Shown here: one piece after another, positions 1-13,770 of the stretch
Position numbering within the stretch: position 1 is the stretch's first letter
Layout of the letters: the number at the start of each line of letters is the position of its first letter
Position numbers and translations under genes: made by a program
Notes under the pieces: generated by a model
The model's database searches: none
What the model saw: the letters and a program-made list of their open reading frames with translations, nothing else
Told to the model about the DNA's origin: nothing
Assembly: GCF_009914755.1 (NCBI RefSeq)
Contig: NC_060926.1
Length of the DNA: 64,000 nt
DNA from: the human T2T-CHM13v2.0 reference genome, Homo sapiens
Reading direction: 5' to 3' (one strand)

Positions 1-767
1 CACAAAACAGAGACATTTTCTATACTTTACTCTCCTCAAGTGTCACTCAGCATTCAGTCCACTAATGGAATTTTAGCCTCTTGATTTGGGTTACTATTAA
101 TTAGAACACATAGCTTTGCATCAGAATTCATTTTTTATAGATTAATTCTATAACATAAAACATGCCTGAATTTGACTGTTAGGAGTCTTTTCTTCACAAG
201 CCTCAAGATTCCACACCTGTGATTAATTTACATAAGCACAGGTTGAAACATCAGCTTTTTGATCATTTGTGATATTGCAACTCTTAAGAAGCAACTTACC
301 CGACAATTAATACAATCTATATTTATCAATAACCCAAATTCCCAGAATTTGGGCCAGAATTTCTAATGTGAAATTAATTCTTCATAGCCATTTTAACACC
401 ATTCTCATTTAAAATGTGCTCTATTTATCCAAGCAACAATGAAAGGAATATGTGTGTATAAACCCACACATATATAAGCCTTTTGTCACACATTTCTACC
501 CTTCAAAAGCAATTCAAGAAGAGCTAGAGACTAGCAAATTGTCAGCCCTATCCTTCCTCAGGTAGAGGTGATACTACAGCCAGCTGAATTCTCTCAGAAG
601 TTCCTCCAGAGACCAGTAAGTTAACAAACTGTCTCCATACTGCACAGGTTGGCTTCCTGTATCTTTGTATATCCTGATGTCCAGCATATACTTGAGCTCT
701 GTGGACTGAAGAGGAAGGGCAGACAAGCATTACCCAAAACCCCAGGGTTAAAGGACTAAATGAGCTC

Positions 768-892
768 AGTTGTTCTCACCCTTGGCTGTACATTAAAAGT
801 GCCTAAGAGTGCTCTCTGGTGGAAATGGAGGATGGCCATTGTCCCAACTCTCCAGGTGACTCAAATGAGCAGCTGGGAGTTGAGTATCACTG
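768..892. mobile_element. MER5-type hAT-Charlie DNA transposon fossil
   Basis: CAGTTGTTCTCACCCTTGGCTG...TCCAGGTGACTCAAATGAGCAGC...TTGAGTATCACTG; degenerate TIRs. Confidence 0.55.
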
Positions 893-1485
893 AGAGAGAC
901 ATGGTAAGAAACAGTTAATACTTTCAGGATTGCTTCAATATGATGGGACATGAAAGTACAACACACATATAAAAAGGAAATAAAACGTTAGCAATTGTCT
1001 CTGTTTACCATTCACACTGTCAACAATTACAAGAAAAATTCAACGAGTTTCAGGTCACTAAACCTTAGTCCATTTCATAAACATTTGTCTACCTGATTTT
1101 GTTTTTTTTTTTTACTTTCTAAATCCAAGAGGGAAATGATAATCTTCTGTAAGTTTTAGAATGGCTTATTTTCTAACACTGTCAGGAAGGAAAAGGCTAG
1201 CTCCTGTTAGTTTTAATTTTGAATGCGTTAAGTATTGGTGGAGGTAACTCTTAGATAACAGCTTTTTTAAAAATCCATTTTAGTTGTTTCATGTGCAGCA
1301 CTTTTGTTGGTTCTGCCAGCACTGCTGTGCACTCAGGCTTAAGACAACACATACTAGCATGAATTCAACTGAGTCTCTTAGAACTTCTAACCAAATTTAG
1401 ACTGGTTTAACACAACCATGAGGTATCCTTCCAGTTTTTTAATAATACTTTGTTCACACAAAGGGCAGGTCACATACATGTCTAG

Positions 1486-1798
<313 letters not shown>

Positions 1799-2115
1799 TG
1801 GTAATTTTTTTTTAAGAGGCAAATAAATGTGAATGCTACACAGAAGTAGGGGCATTCCAGGGTTGAAAAAAGCTTCCATATGTGAATATGCTCTTTCTCT
1901 AGAGGTAGATGCGTAGGTCCCAACTGTGGGGTTTATTGTATGAATACATCAGACAGCAAGAATAGAGAGCTATATATATCACACACATATGTGCCATTTA
2001 TACTGCCATTTCTCAAATACAGTATGAATTCATGCAGATGTATATCAAATAAATAAATATATTCATATATACATATATAAAAACATATAGTATATGACTA
2101 TATCTATTCAATCCA

Positions 2116-2486
2116 TGCTATGGTCTAAATGTTTGTATCCTCTCAAATTCATATGTTGTAACCTAATCACCAATGGGATGACATTAGGAAGTGAGGCTTT
2201 CGGAGGTGATTAAATCATGAAAGCAGGGCCTCGTGGGATGAGTGCCCCTGTGGATTTAGTCCCCTTATAAGAGAGACCCCAGATAGCTACCTTATCCCTT
2301 CCACCATGTGAAGACAGAGCAAGAAGATGCCAACTATGACCTAAGAAGCCCTCGCCAGACACTGAATCTGCCAGTGCTTTGATCTTGAGCTGCCCAGCCT
2401 CCAGAACTGTGTAAAATAAACGTCGGGTCTTTATAAGCTACACAGCCTCTGGAATTTTGTCACAGTAGCCCAAATGGACTAAAACA
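2116..2486 (+). mobile_element. MaLR solo LTR (MLT1A-like)
   Basis: TGCTATGGTCTAAATGTTTG...GGACTAAAACA, AATAAA near 2415, 5-bp TSD ATCCA on both sides. Confidence 0.9.
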
Positions 2487-2619
2487 ATCCATATAGACTA
2501 AAAATGCAACTAAAACCTTTAGTAAGGGTCCTGATGTTTCCTTTTTAGGAAACTGCCAGCACTCCACATCCCACCACATCCCATGTGTCCTCAACCACTA
2601 TGCCCCCTTCCTCCCCTAC

Positions 2620-2850
2620 ACTGTGGTTAAAACCCAGAACTGAGCCAGTTAGAACTGCGGTCCTGCCATGCGCTATCTTTAAGGCCTCAGGAGCTAACTT
2701 AATGTGCCTCATTCCCTTCATCTGAAAAATTTCAATTAAAAATTATACCTGCCTCACAGAATTATCCTAAGAATTAAATGAGTTAATATATGTAAAGCAC
2801 TCACAACAGAACATGATATGAGCACCATTAAAGGGTAAGTTATTAATATT
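2620..2850 (+). mobile_element. MIR SINE
   Basis: MIR core GTGCCTCATTCCCTTCATCTGAAAA...GAATTAAATGAGTTAATATATGTAAAGCACT. Confidence 0.75.
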
Positions 2851-5199
2851 ATTGATGCTCTTATAACCATAATGCTGACTTTTGTGATACTCATTTCTTT
2901 CCTTAACACTTTTTCTTTTTCTTAATAGTATATTTTACTAACTAAAACATACAGTTCTTTGACTTGTCTTTGAGTTCCATTTTTTTCTCACTCTGAAAGA
3001 CATAATGGAACACATGGGAGAGTATTGTGCTGAATCAGCTCCAACGTATGTCAAAATTTCTTTACCTCAATAATGAATAATAAATTACTTAGCAATACTC
3101 ACAATGCACTGCAGTGTAGCTCTGCCCCACAGTAGGGCTGAAAACCAGTGGTTGAAAACAAGGATCTGTTAACCAGTAGGGTTTACTGACAGAACAAAGG
3201 GAAACCTTCACATTGATAACCAGTATGCAGATTACATCCTCCAAGCATCCTCTAGTGAACAGAAAACAGAAAGCAAGTCACTGCCAAACAACCAGCCAAC
3301 AACCCTTTAATTTAATATACTCTACTGTTCTTCATCAATATGGACGCAGACAAGCATCTATCAAGAATACCATGGAGCCTTTCAACTACTATGAAATGTA
3401 AAAATGAAAACCAAAGTGTTATACCTGGAATTCACCCAAATCTTTTAAACATATAAAATTAACAGTGACGACCTGACATTTAGAAAAAGACAAGCTGGCA
3501 CAGTAATGCATGCATGACATGTTAAAGGCCATTCAATATCTAATATTCATCATGGGGAGTCGTATTTCCTCAGAGCAGGCTCTCTACTTTGCTGTGTAAA
3601 TTAAAACTGTGTCAGAAGAGGCAAATACTTTTTTGGAAATGCCTAACATAAAGGCTTTATCTGTAAGAACAAGGTTTGCCCGTGACCTTACTTTGCCATC
3701 TTTAGTGATGAGAGAAGAAACCAGGCTTGAGATACTGTGGCCACTGGCCACTTGGTGTGGCCTGAGAGTGAGAAGTCCGCAGCCAGGAACCTTGAGACAG
3801 CTCACAATCTACATGGGGTTTCCAAAAAGGAAACACAGGTTGTACCTAAAAGCATTCCTTATTGCTCCTCCCTACACATTTTATCCACCACCTTATATCT
3901 GCACACAAAGTCCTCCATTTCAGGAAGGAAACCAGGACAAGCGTCACTCCCAGCTGAGCTCTTCGCCAGGTACTTCACTCAAGATTCATCTCCTCCAGGG
4001 TGCTTGGATACCCACCCTTGTTCTCCCTTCCCATGGCTTTCCCAACCAGGAAATCATCACCACCTTCTGACAGCAGAAGGACTTTGTCCTCTTTAGCACT
4101 GAGTCCCCAGTCCCTACCGGGGTGCCTGACACAGTGAGCACACTCAAGGGGGTGTGCTGCAAGATAAAGGAATGTCTCTCCTCCTCTGTGAAGCCTTCCA
4201 GGATTTATAAGGCTTCCAGAATTTAAAAGTAATGTGTGCCCTTACCCCACAACACCAGCATTCTGAAGGGCCTAGATAAAGAACACTCCATCTCCTCTTC
4301 TGGATATCTACTGTAATTAGGTGGAATAAATACCAGATGAATTGGTTCATATCATGTGCTTCATTACATCTGCACCCATGAACAGGAAGAACAGACTTTG
4401 CAGCCTTGAGTAAATGAGCTCCTTAAGATTTACGTTTCTCTCGCCTGTAAAATGAGGCTACAGATACCTACTTCCTAATATACATAAAGTTCATAGCACA
4501 GGATGTGGCACAAAGATAAACACTCAAATATCTTTTCCCTTCCCCATGTATAGTAATGAATAAAAGTCAAAGTAATTTAAATTTTACACTCACATGTAAC
4601 AGAGGCAGAGCTAGGTAATCAGCTCATCTCTCTTTTGAATTTACAGGGATGCTTTTCTAAATCACTCAAACAGCATGTCTTTCTTTCCCTTTGGAGATCG
4701 AAGGATTTACCTGACCATGAGGCAGTAAGTTCCCAAAGTCAGGTCTCGTCTGAGCACAGCCTTACCTGGCCCACAGTCACAGAAGAGAGCTTCACTCAGA
4801 GAACGGGTTCAGGAAGTACATATAGAATGAAAGCTGACTAAGGCAAGCCTTTACCATTTTCCATTATCTTCTAAAATGAGATGCTTTTTTAAAAAAAACT
4901 TTTAAATTTTTTAATTTAATTTCGAGCACGGAAATTTAAAGATATTTGAGGGAAAATAGAGCGGTACATCTGTGATAAGTGACTGTTCTGTCAAAGTTTA
5001 AGGACTGTAACCCTTAGATACATTTTATTCAAAATAACAATTTCTATTGTCACACACTCAAAGCAACCCAGACAAACAGGCTTGGAAACTACCAGCCAAC
5101 TTCATTCTGTGAGTAACCATTAAGTTTTAATCAGATGTGGTTCAATTTCTGGAACAGTGAGCATTAAGAGGGGCTCATCAAGGAAAATGGGCAAAAGTA

Positions 5200-5800
5200 G
5201 GAGGAGAAGGAGGAGGAGGAGGAGAGGAGGAGGTAGAGAACAAAAGAACTGCCCCGCAAGCCAGTCATTGAACGTGGACTCTTGACTCGAATTCTCTGCC
5301 CCTCTTTGCAGCTGTTGTCTCCTGCAGTTGGCACGAAGCGTTGCCAGTCTGGGACCGGCTTCCAGTGAGGACAGCATTGTTTTATTGGCTACTTAGGCAA
5401 TGCACACACCATTAATGGAGTTTTTATCTCTCCATTTTCCTGTCAGTACAGAACCAGCCAGTCTGACTCTGTTATTATCATCAAGAAAGCTTTTCCCCCC
5501 CTCCCCACACACACTCTTTAATCCAAACAACATCTGGGAACTTCAGCCTCTATCATGTAAAAGCGAAACAGATTTAGAGGGAGAGCAGGAGAAAGTACAG
5601 TTCCAGTCGCACTGAACAACAAACGAATTCCAACAGGAGAACTAACCTTGAGCCGCCCAATATCTCTGAAACGCTATTCGCTTCAAAAAGGCAAGGTACT
5701 TCCCGCTGCATGGCTTTAAACTTCCGATAGACCCTTGCTATCAAGAGGTGGGGGAAAAAAAAACAACCCATAGTGACAAGTTGCTTATTGGTACTGTTTT
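5200..5800 (-). promoter_or_regulatory. ACVR1: Internal alternative promoter region of ACVR1
   Basis: Repeat-free, locally CpG-retaining (about 14 CpG in 5240-5740), (GGA)n tract at ~5202-5233, ATTGG near 5385, ETS-like GGAAG cores, surrounds a leader exon. Confidence 0.55.
5647..5737 (-). other. ACVR1: ACVR1 alternative non-coding 5'-UTR exon (intronic leader)
   Basis: Minus strand reads ...GAAGCGAATAGCGTTTCAGAGATATTGGGCGGCTCAAG|GTTAGT, matching my recollection of the start of an ACVR1/ALK2 cDNA. Donor at 5646; polypyrimidine tract plus TAG acceptor at 5739-5738. Confidence 0.75.
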
Positions 5801-7344
5801 CCTAGAAGGGAAGTCCTGTTGTGAAATAAAAGTCAAGAATAATATTTAGGTGATTTTTTTAAAGAATGTCTTTTTTATTCAAAAAGGAAAAAACAATAAA
5901 GACCCTTTAGCAGACATTACTAGTAAGTACATCCCCAGTGTACAAACTATTAGGAAAAATGTGGCGCCATTAAACCCAGAAAATATGTCCTTCTGTAACA
6001 GACAGCTGTCTCCTCTGTAGTTTAAGTGTGCTTTCTGCTTAGCTCATGCTCCGTGAGTCATGGAATCAATACAGGAAGCACACAGAGCCAGCCACACTGC
6101 AGATTCCGAGGAGGGTCAAGCCACACAGCTCCTCTGTTCCTCTCCTCTGCTTGCTGCATGGCTCTTCCAAGTATGTACATCTGGGGAGAACGCACAACCC
6201 CATTTCTACTTCATGTTTAAACCTGCCTCATAAGGTCTCCAATCCTGGTCCTTTCAGCATTGTTTCTAGGTAAGTAGAACCTAAAAATTACAGCCCTCCA
6301 ACATGCAGGTGTCAAGCAATCCATCCTGCCCCTCAGCCCCACTCCTTTTTGAGTTTTCTGCAATGCACCAATAACTATACTTAGGTTAGAAGGGACTTAC
6401 TTCCCCAGAAATGCTCATCACCCAGTAGAAGACAAAATCAGAACTGAACATCTGAGTGTCAGCAAAGGTTAATGGTTTATTTTTAATTTATTTATTTTTG
6501 TTCCATTCAGCAAAACAGGGGAAAATCACTCACTGTCTGAGCCACAGGCTCCTGCTCACTGGAAGCTGTGCCCAGAGCCCCTTGCAGTCTGTTGTTAATG
6601 ACAGTCTCAGTAACCTGATCCTCTCACAGTGGGAGTCTTGAGTAAGCACTGGCCTCTCTCGGGTCTCGCCTTTCTATTGTCCCACCCTGCAGGGCCAGCT
6701 GTTTCTGACAGCCAAATTGCTGCATGCTAAGCAATGAATGCTGTCAGATAAGGAATTTTCATTTCTATAATGCATAGGCCTCCATGGACAAATTATACAG
6801 CTTATGGTGCTGGCTGCAGGATGCTGCTCCAAGCTTGAAGCACTGCCAAAATGAAGCCTGTCCTCCCCTCTCCCCAGCCCCAGGCTGACAAGACAGTCAC
6901 CCAAAATGAATCTGAATGGCCCAGGGAGAAATGGAACACGTGTTTTCAGAGACAAACAAAACATATGTTGAGAATAGCTGTCCAGCGACACTCTTTGATG
7001 TAATGGCGTACAGGGAAAGCTAATTGATCTAATGTCACACCACACAACTACCAGGCATGGCATCCATTATGACCTACTGTAATCTGATACCATGCAGTGA
7101 ACATCCCAAGGGCATCAGGAAAATCACTGGCTCCCTGCTTCTGGGGGATGCCAGACTTACCCAGAAACCACACAAGAACTTAGTACTTTTTGAGAACCAA
7201 GCAACACTGTATGAGGTCCCAAGAACAGTGCTCTTTTTATGAGAATGAAAGTCCCCAATATGTGCTTCATGGAATCATTCTGCAGAAACTCTATGCTTCC
7301 TCAGTTCCTCCCTCTCTCCTTCTCGGCAACAACTCCTGAACTGG

Positions 7345-7750
7345 GTCTGGGATACACCCCCTCCTATTCTGCATGCTGAGGTGTGGTTGAAAACCAATCA
7401 TCACACTGCACTGGATTCCAGGGTGTGACGTGACCTGAGCCCACCCAATCAGAGTGACTCTTGGGATTTTACAGGAACTACTAGAAAAGAAAGTGTGATT
7501 TTCTCATTATACTTGAATGTAGGATATGCCATAGCCATTTTGCTACCTTGAAAAGAGAACCTGCTGAGGATGGAACTGACAAAAGAAGAAGTGGAGGGGA
7601 AATAACAGGGCTCTAGGGACACTGCTTGAGCCCTGAGTCAACCCAGATCTAAAACCTGTTTTACCCTGGACTCCACAGAATGGCAGCCATTCCATGTTCA
7701 TCTTATTAAGGCTCGCCTGGGTTGGAGTTTTCCATCACCTGCAAACGCAA
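7345..7750 (+). mobile_element. Ancient ERVL/MaLR LTR (LTR16/LTR33/MLT1J-K-like)
   Basis: GTGACCTGAGCCCACCCAATCAGAG...GCCATTTTGCTACC...GGGTTGGAGTTTTCCATCACCTGCAA motifs. Confidence 0.55.
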
Positions 7751-8962
7751 ACGAACGCATAAATTATCACTCCACCATTAGAGCATCCAGGAATCAACAT
7801 AAATACGCATATCATACATTGCTATGAAAGCAAGAAAAAAGTTTTCCTTTCTTGGTTATTTCTTGTGAGAACTTACTTTTTCACCTTTTCCTTCTAGTCC
7901 ATATACCTTAATGTGAGCTAAAAGTGCAAAGTGTCACCTGATCTTGGCCATTTTTGCAAGGCAAATCTAGATATTTGACCTGAACTCAGAGAGATGAGGA
8001 AGCTAAATTCATGACCTGTTATAAATCTTAACCTGACATGGCACATGTGGAATAAAGAAAGTGGACTCTGGTTAGCGAGTGGTCCATCAGCTCCATGTCA
8101 GTGAAGCCAGCTGAGAAAAAGGCCAGGAAGCCAGCATGGGGGCAGGGAGCACCTGCTCTCCGGCTGGGTTCAGGTCAGCCAAAGCACAAGCACCTGCAGG
8201 CTGTGAGCCGCCAAGGCGATCACGCGCCACATCCTGCAGCCGTCCACTTTATCATTAACTACTGTCTGGCCAGCAAGGGCAGGGTCCGCTTCAAGAACAC
8301 TGGGAACTTTAAGGCAGGAGGCATATTCAGAACCATGGTGGGCTCACAGCCACTCACTACAGACTATAAATAGCCTCCTGGCTGTGATCCCGACGGCAAC
8401 CACAATTCCTGTTCCCCTGGTGGTAACAGAACTTCAGGCCTTTTGCCCAAGAAATTCAGCACAACCTACCAGGTATGGCAAAAATTATGAAATGTACATA
8501 CATGCTTACTCAATGCCCTGGCCACTCTCCTCTTGTCCATACTTGGCTTCTAATCCCCAAAGATCAAAAAGTGGGGATATTAAAGTTGAAAAAGATATAA
8601 ATAAGATTTCAGTTTGATGCTGAGAAAAAAAAACTATAGAATACACAGGCTCAAAATTGACATAGGAAGGTAGGGAGGAAAATAAGACCCACTCACTCTC
8701 AACCCTTCTCCTTCGACAATCACAGGGATTTCAAATCCTTATAGTCATTATTTTATCTGAAGTTATAAGGGGATAGGATGAAGCAGGGGGGAAGACTTGC
8801 CCTGACTTCTAACTTGGGAGGAGCAAAGGAAGACCAAGAAGGCCACTAAGACTGCTTAGACATGTATTTTAACGACCGCATTTACCTAGCTGCTTCTCAG
8901 GGACAATAAAATGAAACAAAATTGTCAGGACTTACTTAAACTTACAGTTAAAGATCCACCCA

Positions 8963-9145
8963 GAGCTGGGTGCAGCAGCACACACTTGTAGAGCCAGCTA
9001 TTAGGAAGGCTAAGGCAAAAGGATTGCTTGAGCCCAAAAGTTCAAGGTTGGAGGCTATAGTGTACCATGATCTTGCCTGTGAATAGCCACTGCATTCCAG
9101 CCTGGACAACATGGCAAGACCCCATCTCTTTATAAAAAAAGAAAA
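8963..9145 (+). mobile_element. FAM (fossil Alu monomer)
   Basis: Single monomer retaining the 7SL-derived GCCTGTGAATAGCCACTGCA segment, short A tail. Confidence 0.8.
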
Positions 9146-9147
9146 CT

Positions 9148-9452
<305 letters not shown>

Positions 9453-10759
9453 TTAACAATTAATCCAATCCCCTGAACTCAGGGATCACTCTGCTACTTT
9501 AGGGGGAGTCATTCTAGGGAAACATCCCTTGTTACAATCACTGTCAAAAGAAAAAGTAGAACCCCCAACAGTCCAATACTGAAGAAGACCTTGGAAAAGG
9601 TCTTTATACCATATCATCTCCAGGACTGGCACAGTGCTGGCACACAGCTGATGTTCTAACATGTGGATGGATCTCTCTTCCAACCAACTTCCTGACCCTT
9701 AACAAAGGCCAAGCCAGAAATAAACTGCATAAAGTACAGAGTACAGAAAGCGTTCTGAACTGCAGCAAGTTCACTGCCTTTCCTTCCCATATTCATTCAT
9801 GCCTTTGGCCAGGAGGTACTGAGCACCTACAATGAGCCAGGCACTGATTTAGGCACTGGAGGTATGACATCAAATGCAATCAAGTTCCTGCCCTCAGAGT
9901 TTACATTCAGGCAGAAAACTCCACATGGAAGTTCTTTCATGCATCCAGCCCTGTATCTCCCGCTGTCAGACTCCAAATCTTAGAAGATTTCCTCCAAGTA
10001 TGAACACACGACCCTGCATAAGGAACTCTTCAACTCATGAATCAATGAACTCTGGCAAAGTCTTCAACATCCAGTTACAACATCAATATTTAAGGTTCAA
10101 AGATGATGCAATTTACTCAATTTCTAGCATTTTATGTTCCTGCTTCCCCCACCCCCTGAAAATTTCAGAAATAATCTGCTACACAGAGGAATTTAAGGAA
10201 TGTAATTTTAATCTAAAATATTAACTCTGGGCAGGGGACTGTTCTAAGGTTCATCTACTATGATTTTTTTTCTTTGATCTGAAAACCAGCGAGGCAGTGT
10301 ACAGATTCCAGGTTTCCTAGTACAAAGAACAGTGTATTTAATCACATCTCTATTATAAAAGCCATGTGATACAGAATAAACCTCTCAGACTTTAACAGTC
10401 ACAAAATTATTCTTAAGAATACAAATTTAACACTAATAATTAAACCATACTCTAAATTCTATCCTCCCATTGAATTTGGAGGTAGAGGCCTTGAACTTAG
10501 AGGAAGTATAGCTTTACACAGCTAGCATGATAAATGCTTCAGATCAGTAAGAAAGTCAGTAAGTGTGCTTTTATTCATGTCATTTGTCTATCTTTCTGCA
10601 AACTAACCAAATAAATACCATAGAGCCAGACTGCAGTAACTGACATATTCAATACTGCATTACTCAACACACTAATAGTCTGTTTTCTAAATCCCACAAG
10701 TTAGACTTTTACTGTGGGTGACTTGGAAACATTCCATAATTATCACTAGTGCCTTGGTT

Positions 10760-11040
10760 TTCCCTAAAAAATGAGTAATAATAGCAGCCACAGTTTTTTG
10801 AACACTTCCAAGGTACCAGACACCACTGTGACGGAGATTTGCATCCATATTACCACACTTAATCCTCCCAACACACATAATGACATAATAGCAATTATCA
10901 TCTCCATTACACAGGTGATAAAACTGAAGCTCAGAGAGGAAAAGTAACTTCCTTAATGTCACAAAGCTGGGATGTGACAGAATGAGATTCAAACCCACAC
11001 TTGCCTGACACCATAGGCCATTCTTACCCATTATGTCACA
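10760..11040 (-). mobile_element. MIR SINE
   Basis: CCATTACACAGGTGATAAAACTGAAGCTCAGAGAGG...AAGTAACTTCC...GATTCAAACCCA. Confidence 0.8.
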
Positions 11041-12122
11041 GTCTCTGGATTCTTTTCCAGCCTTTCTTTTCTCCCATGATATCATGGGAAAGGATTAACA
11101 TGTACCTTCTAGGCCAACCCTGCAATAGAATACTGGCACTGTAAATAATGGTTATGTTGCACAGACCTGAGCAGTTATATTAGGATTCATGGATATAGTA
11201 AAACTCTAAATGAAGATAACCATTGAATATGAGCCTGAACATACCAAAGGCTGAAAATCAGTCACCTTCAAATGCTTAATACAAAAAACATGAGAGCAGT
11301 ACTTAAACTTTAATGGGGTTAGACTGCCAGCATCCATTCAAAGACGAAAAAGAAAAAAGGAGCTATTCGCAGATAATCTTGAAATTAAGCCAAATAAAGA
11401 AAAGAGAATAATTGGGAAAACAGCCTAAGACCCATGCTCACTGGTAAGCTTCAAAGAGCAGCTGTGCTTACAGGGCAGGCAAAGGAGGCCCTGTCATGCA
11501 GAAGACATTGTGAAACCATCATCTCCTTATGGAAAGCAAGGCTGGGGGCCGCCCTCGGCATGGCCCTCCAACTGTGCTGTGGGAGATCAAGTTCAAGTGC
11601 TCACAAGAGTGTCTTCCAGGTTTGTAAAACCCACTGGAAAGGATTCCAGTGAAGATGAAGACTGCCAAGAGCCCAGGTAAGACAAATTCCCAAGTAACAG
11701 TGACAGCTCTGCCCCCAAGACTTCCAAGCTGTATCTGGCAGATCTCCAAACCCACCCTGTCCCCACTGGGTTTGCTCTTCCCTCCAGAGGCCTTTCTCAG
11801 CTTGGCTACTCCACCATCAGCTCTGCTGCCTACTCACTTAAGGTTCCAGGGAATCAAAAGTGGTTAGTTACTCCACACCAAAAGTACAGTACCAGAAATT
11901 AACAAACAAACAAAAAAAACTTGGGATGAGAAAAATCTCCTGTGATATTTCAAGTTAAAATTCTGATAATCACACCAGGATTTTTACTTGACACTTTTCA
12001 TTTTATTTAAAAATAAAAAAATTGATCATCTGATAGATGCTGTTTCTGAAGCACCACAGAGCTAGGACCCTGCTAGGAATTGAGGGTTTCAGAGCAAAAG
12101 AAACCCTTTTGACCTCAAGAGC

Positions 12123-12461
12123 TGCTGTGGTCTGAATGTTGGTGTCCCCACAAGAATTCATACATTGGAACCTAATACCCAATGAGATAGTATTAAGAGG
12201 GGGGGAGCCTTTGGTGCGTGATTAAGTCATTAGGGAGATTCATGCTCTTATAAAAAAAGAGCTCCCTGGGCCCCCCCTTCCACCATGTGAGAACACAGCA
12301 AGAAGGTGCCATCTTTGAAGCAGAGTGAGCCCTCACCAGACACCAAATCCTGCCCACACCTTTATCTTTGAACCTCCAGAACTGTAAGCAATAAGTGTCT
12401 ATTGTTTATAAATTACCCAGACTAAGGGATTTAGTTACAGCAGTACAAATGGACTAAGACA
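12123..12461 (+). mobile_element. MaLR solo LTR (MLT1A-like)
   Basis: TGCTGTGGTCTGAATGTT...GGACTAAGACA. Confidence 0.85.
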
Positions 12462-12600
12462 AGGACTTATGATTTAGTGAAAGAGGTGAGAATTATCCAA
12501 AAATAGTAAGATAGAGATGATGGGGTCCCAATAAGTTGTGTAGGCATGCCAGTCATGTCAAGAGGTCACAGAAATAAGTTATGACTGCTGACTGAGGTAG

Positions 12601-13035
12601 TGTAGTGGGTTGAACAGTAGCCTGCCAATCAATTTGTCTGCGTTCTAACCTTGGAACCTGTGAGTGTGACCTTATTTGGGAAAAGGGTCTTTGCAAATGT
12701 AAATAACTTAAGAATCTTGAGATGAGATCATCCTGGATTCTGTAGGTGGTACTTAACTCCAATGACAAGCATCTTTATGAGAGACGCATGGAGAGGCACA
12801 GAGAGAAGGTCATGTGAAGATGAAGGTACACATTGGAGTCATGCTGCCACAAACCAGGAAACACCTGGAGACACCAGAAGCTGAAAGGAGCTAGGAAAGA
12901 GTCTCCCCTAAAGCCATCAGTTAGAGCATAACTCTACTGGCACCCTGATTTCAGACCTCAGGCCTCCACAACTTTGGCAGTTACATTGCTGTTGTTTGTG
13001 GTAATTTCTTATGGCAGCCCTAGGAAGCTAATACA
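12601..13035 (+). mobile_element. MaLR solo LTR (MLT1B/C-like)
   Basis: TGTAGTGGGTTGAA...GGAACCTGTGAGTGTGACCTTATTTGG...CAGCCCTAGGAAGCTAATACA. Confidence 0.85.
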
Positions 13036-13404
13036 GATGGTGAGGGGAATGCTGCTGGGAAGGCCTGAAAGGGCCCCACAGGCAGGAGGAAAAGTCAGAG
13101 CAAGCAAAGACAAGCCGGTCATGGAGGCAACAATGAGAAAATGCATGCTGCTGCATCCATGATGAAAGAGGAGGAGAAAAACTTGAAATGTGACTTGGGG
13201 TTCAATAGCCATCTGAATGTCAGTCTAGGCCCTATTAACTGTATTAGCCAATGGGGAGTCACCAAAGATGTTTCAGCAAAGAAATAAAATGTACAATGTG
13301 CTGTTTTAGAAAAATTAATCTAGCATTAAAAAGGAGAATAAACTAGCAGGAAATATATAGCAGACCTTCCCTTTATGAAGAAAGATCCTTGAAAAACAAA
13401 ACCA

Positions 13405-13770
13405 AGTATCCATGCCCTAATCCCCAGAACCTGTGAATGTTATCTTATGTGACAAAGGGACTTTGCAGATGTGATTAAATTAAGAGTTTTGAGATGAGGC
13501 GATTATCCTGGATTATCCGGGTAGGCCCTAAATATAATCACAAATGTCCTTTTAAGAAAGAGACAAGGAGATTTAACTTCACAGAGGAGAAGGCAGTGAG
13601 ACGATGGAAACAGAGATGGAAAGAATGTGCTTTGAAGATGGAGGAAGAGCCACAAGCCAAAGGAAGTGGATTCTCCCAAGAGCCTCCAAAACTGGAAGAA
13701 AGTAAATTTGTGCTGTTTCAAGATACTAAATTTGTCATGATTTGTTACAGCAGCAGTGGCAAACTGAGTT
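13405..13770 (+). mobile_element. MaLR LTR (MLT1C/D-like), partial
   Basis: CCTAATCCCCAGAACCTGTGAATGTT...GGGACTTTGCAGATGTGATTAA...TTTGTTACAGCAGC. Confidence 0.8.

Noticed and set aside
3609-4096. 153-aa and 119-aa plus-strand ORFs
   Set aside because: Non-ATG starts, no recognisable protein, antisense within an intron, and the 3' part runs into old repeat-like sequence.
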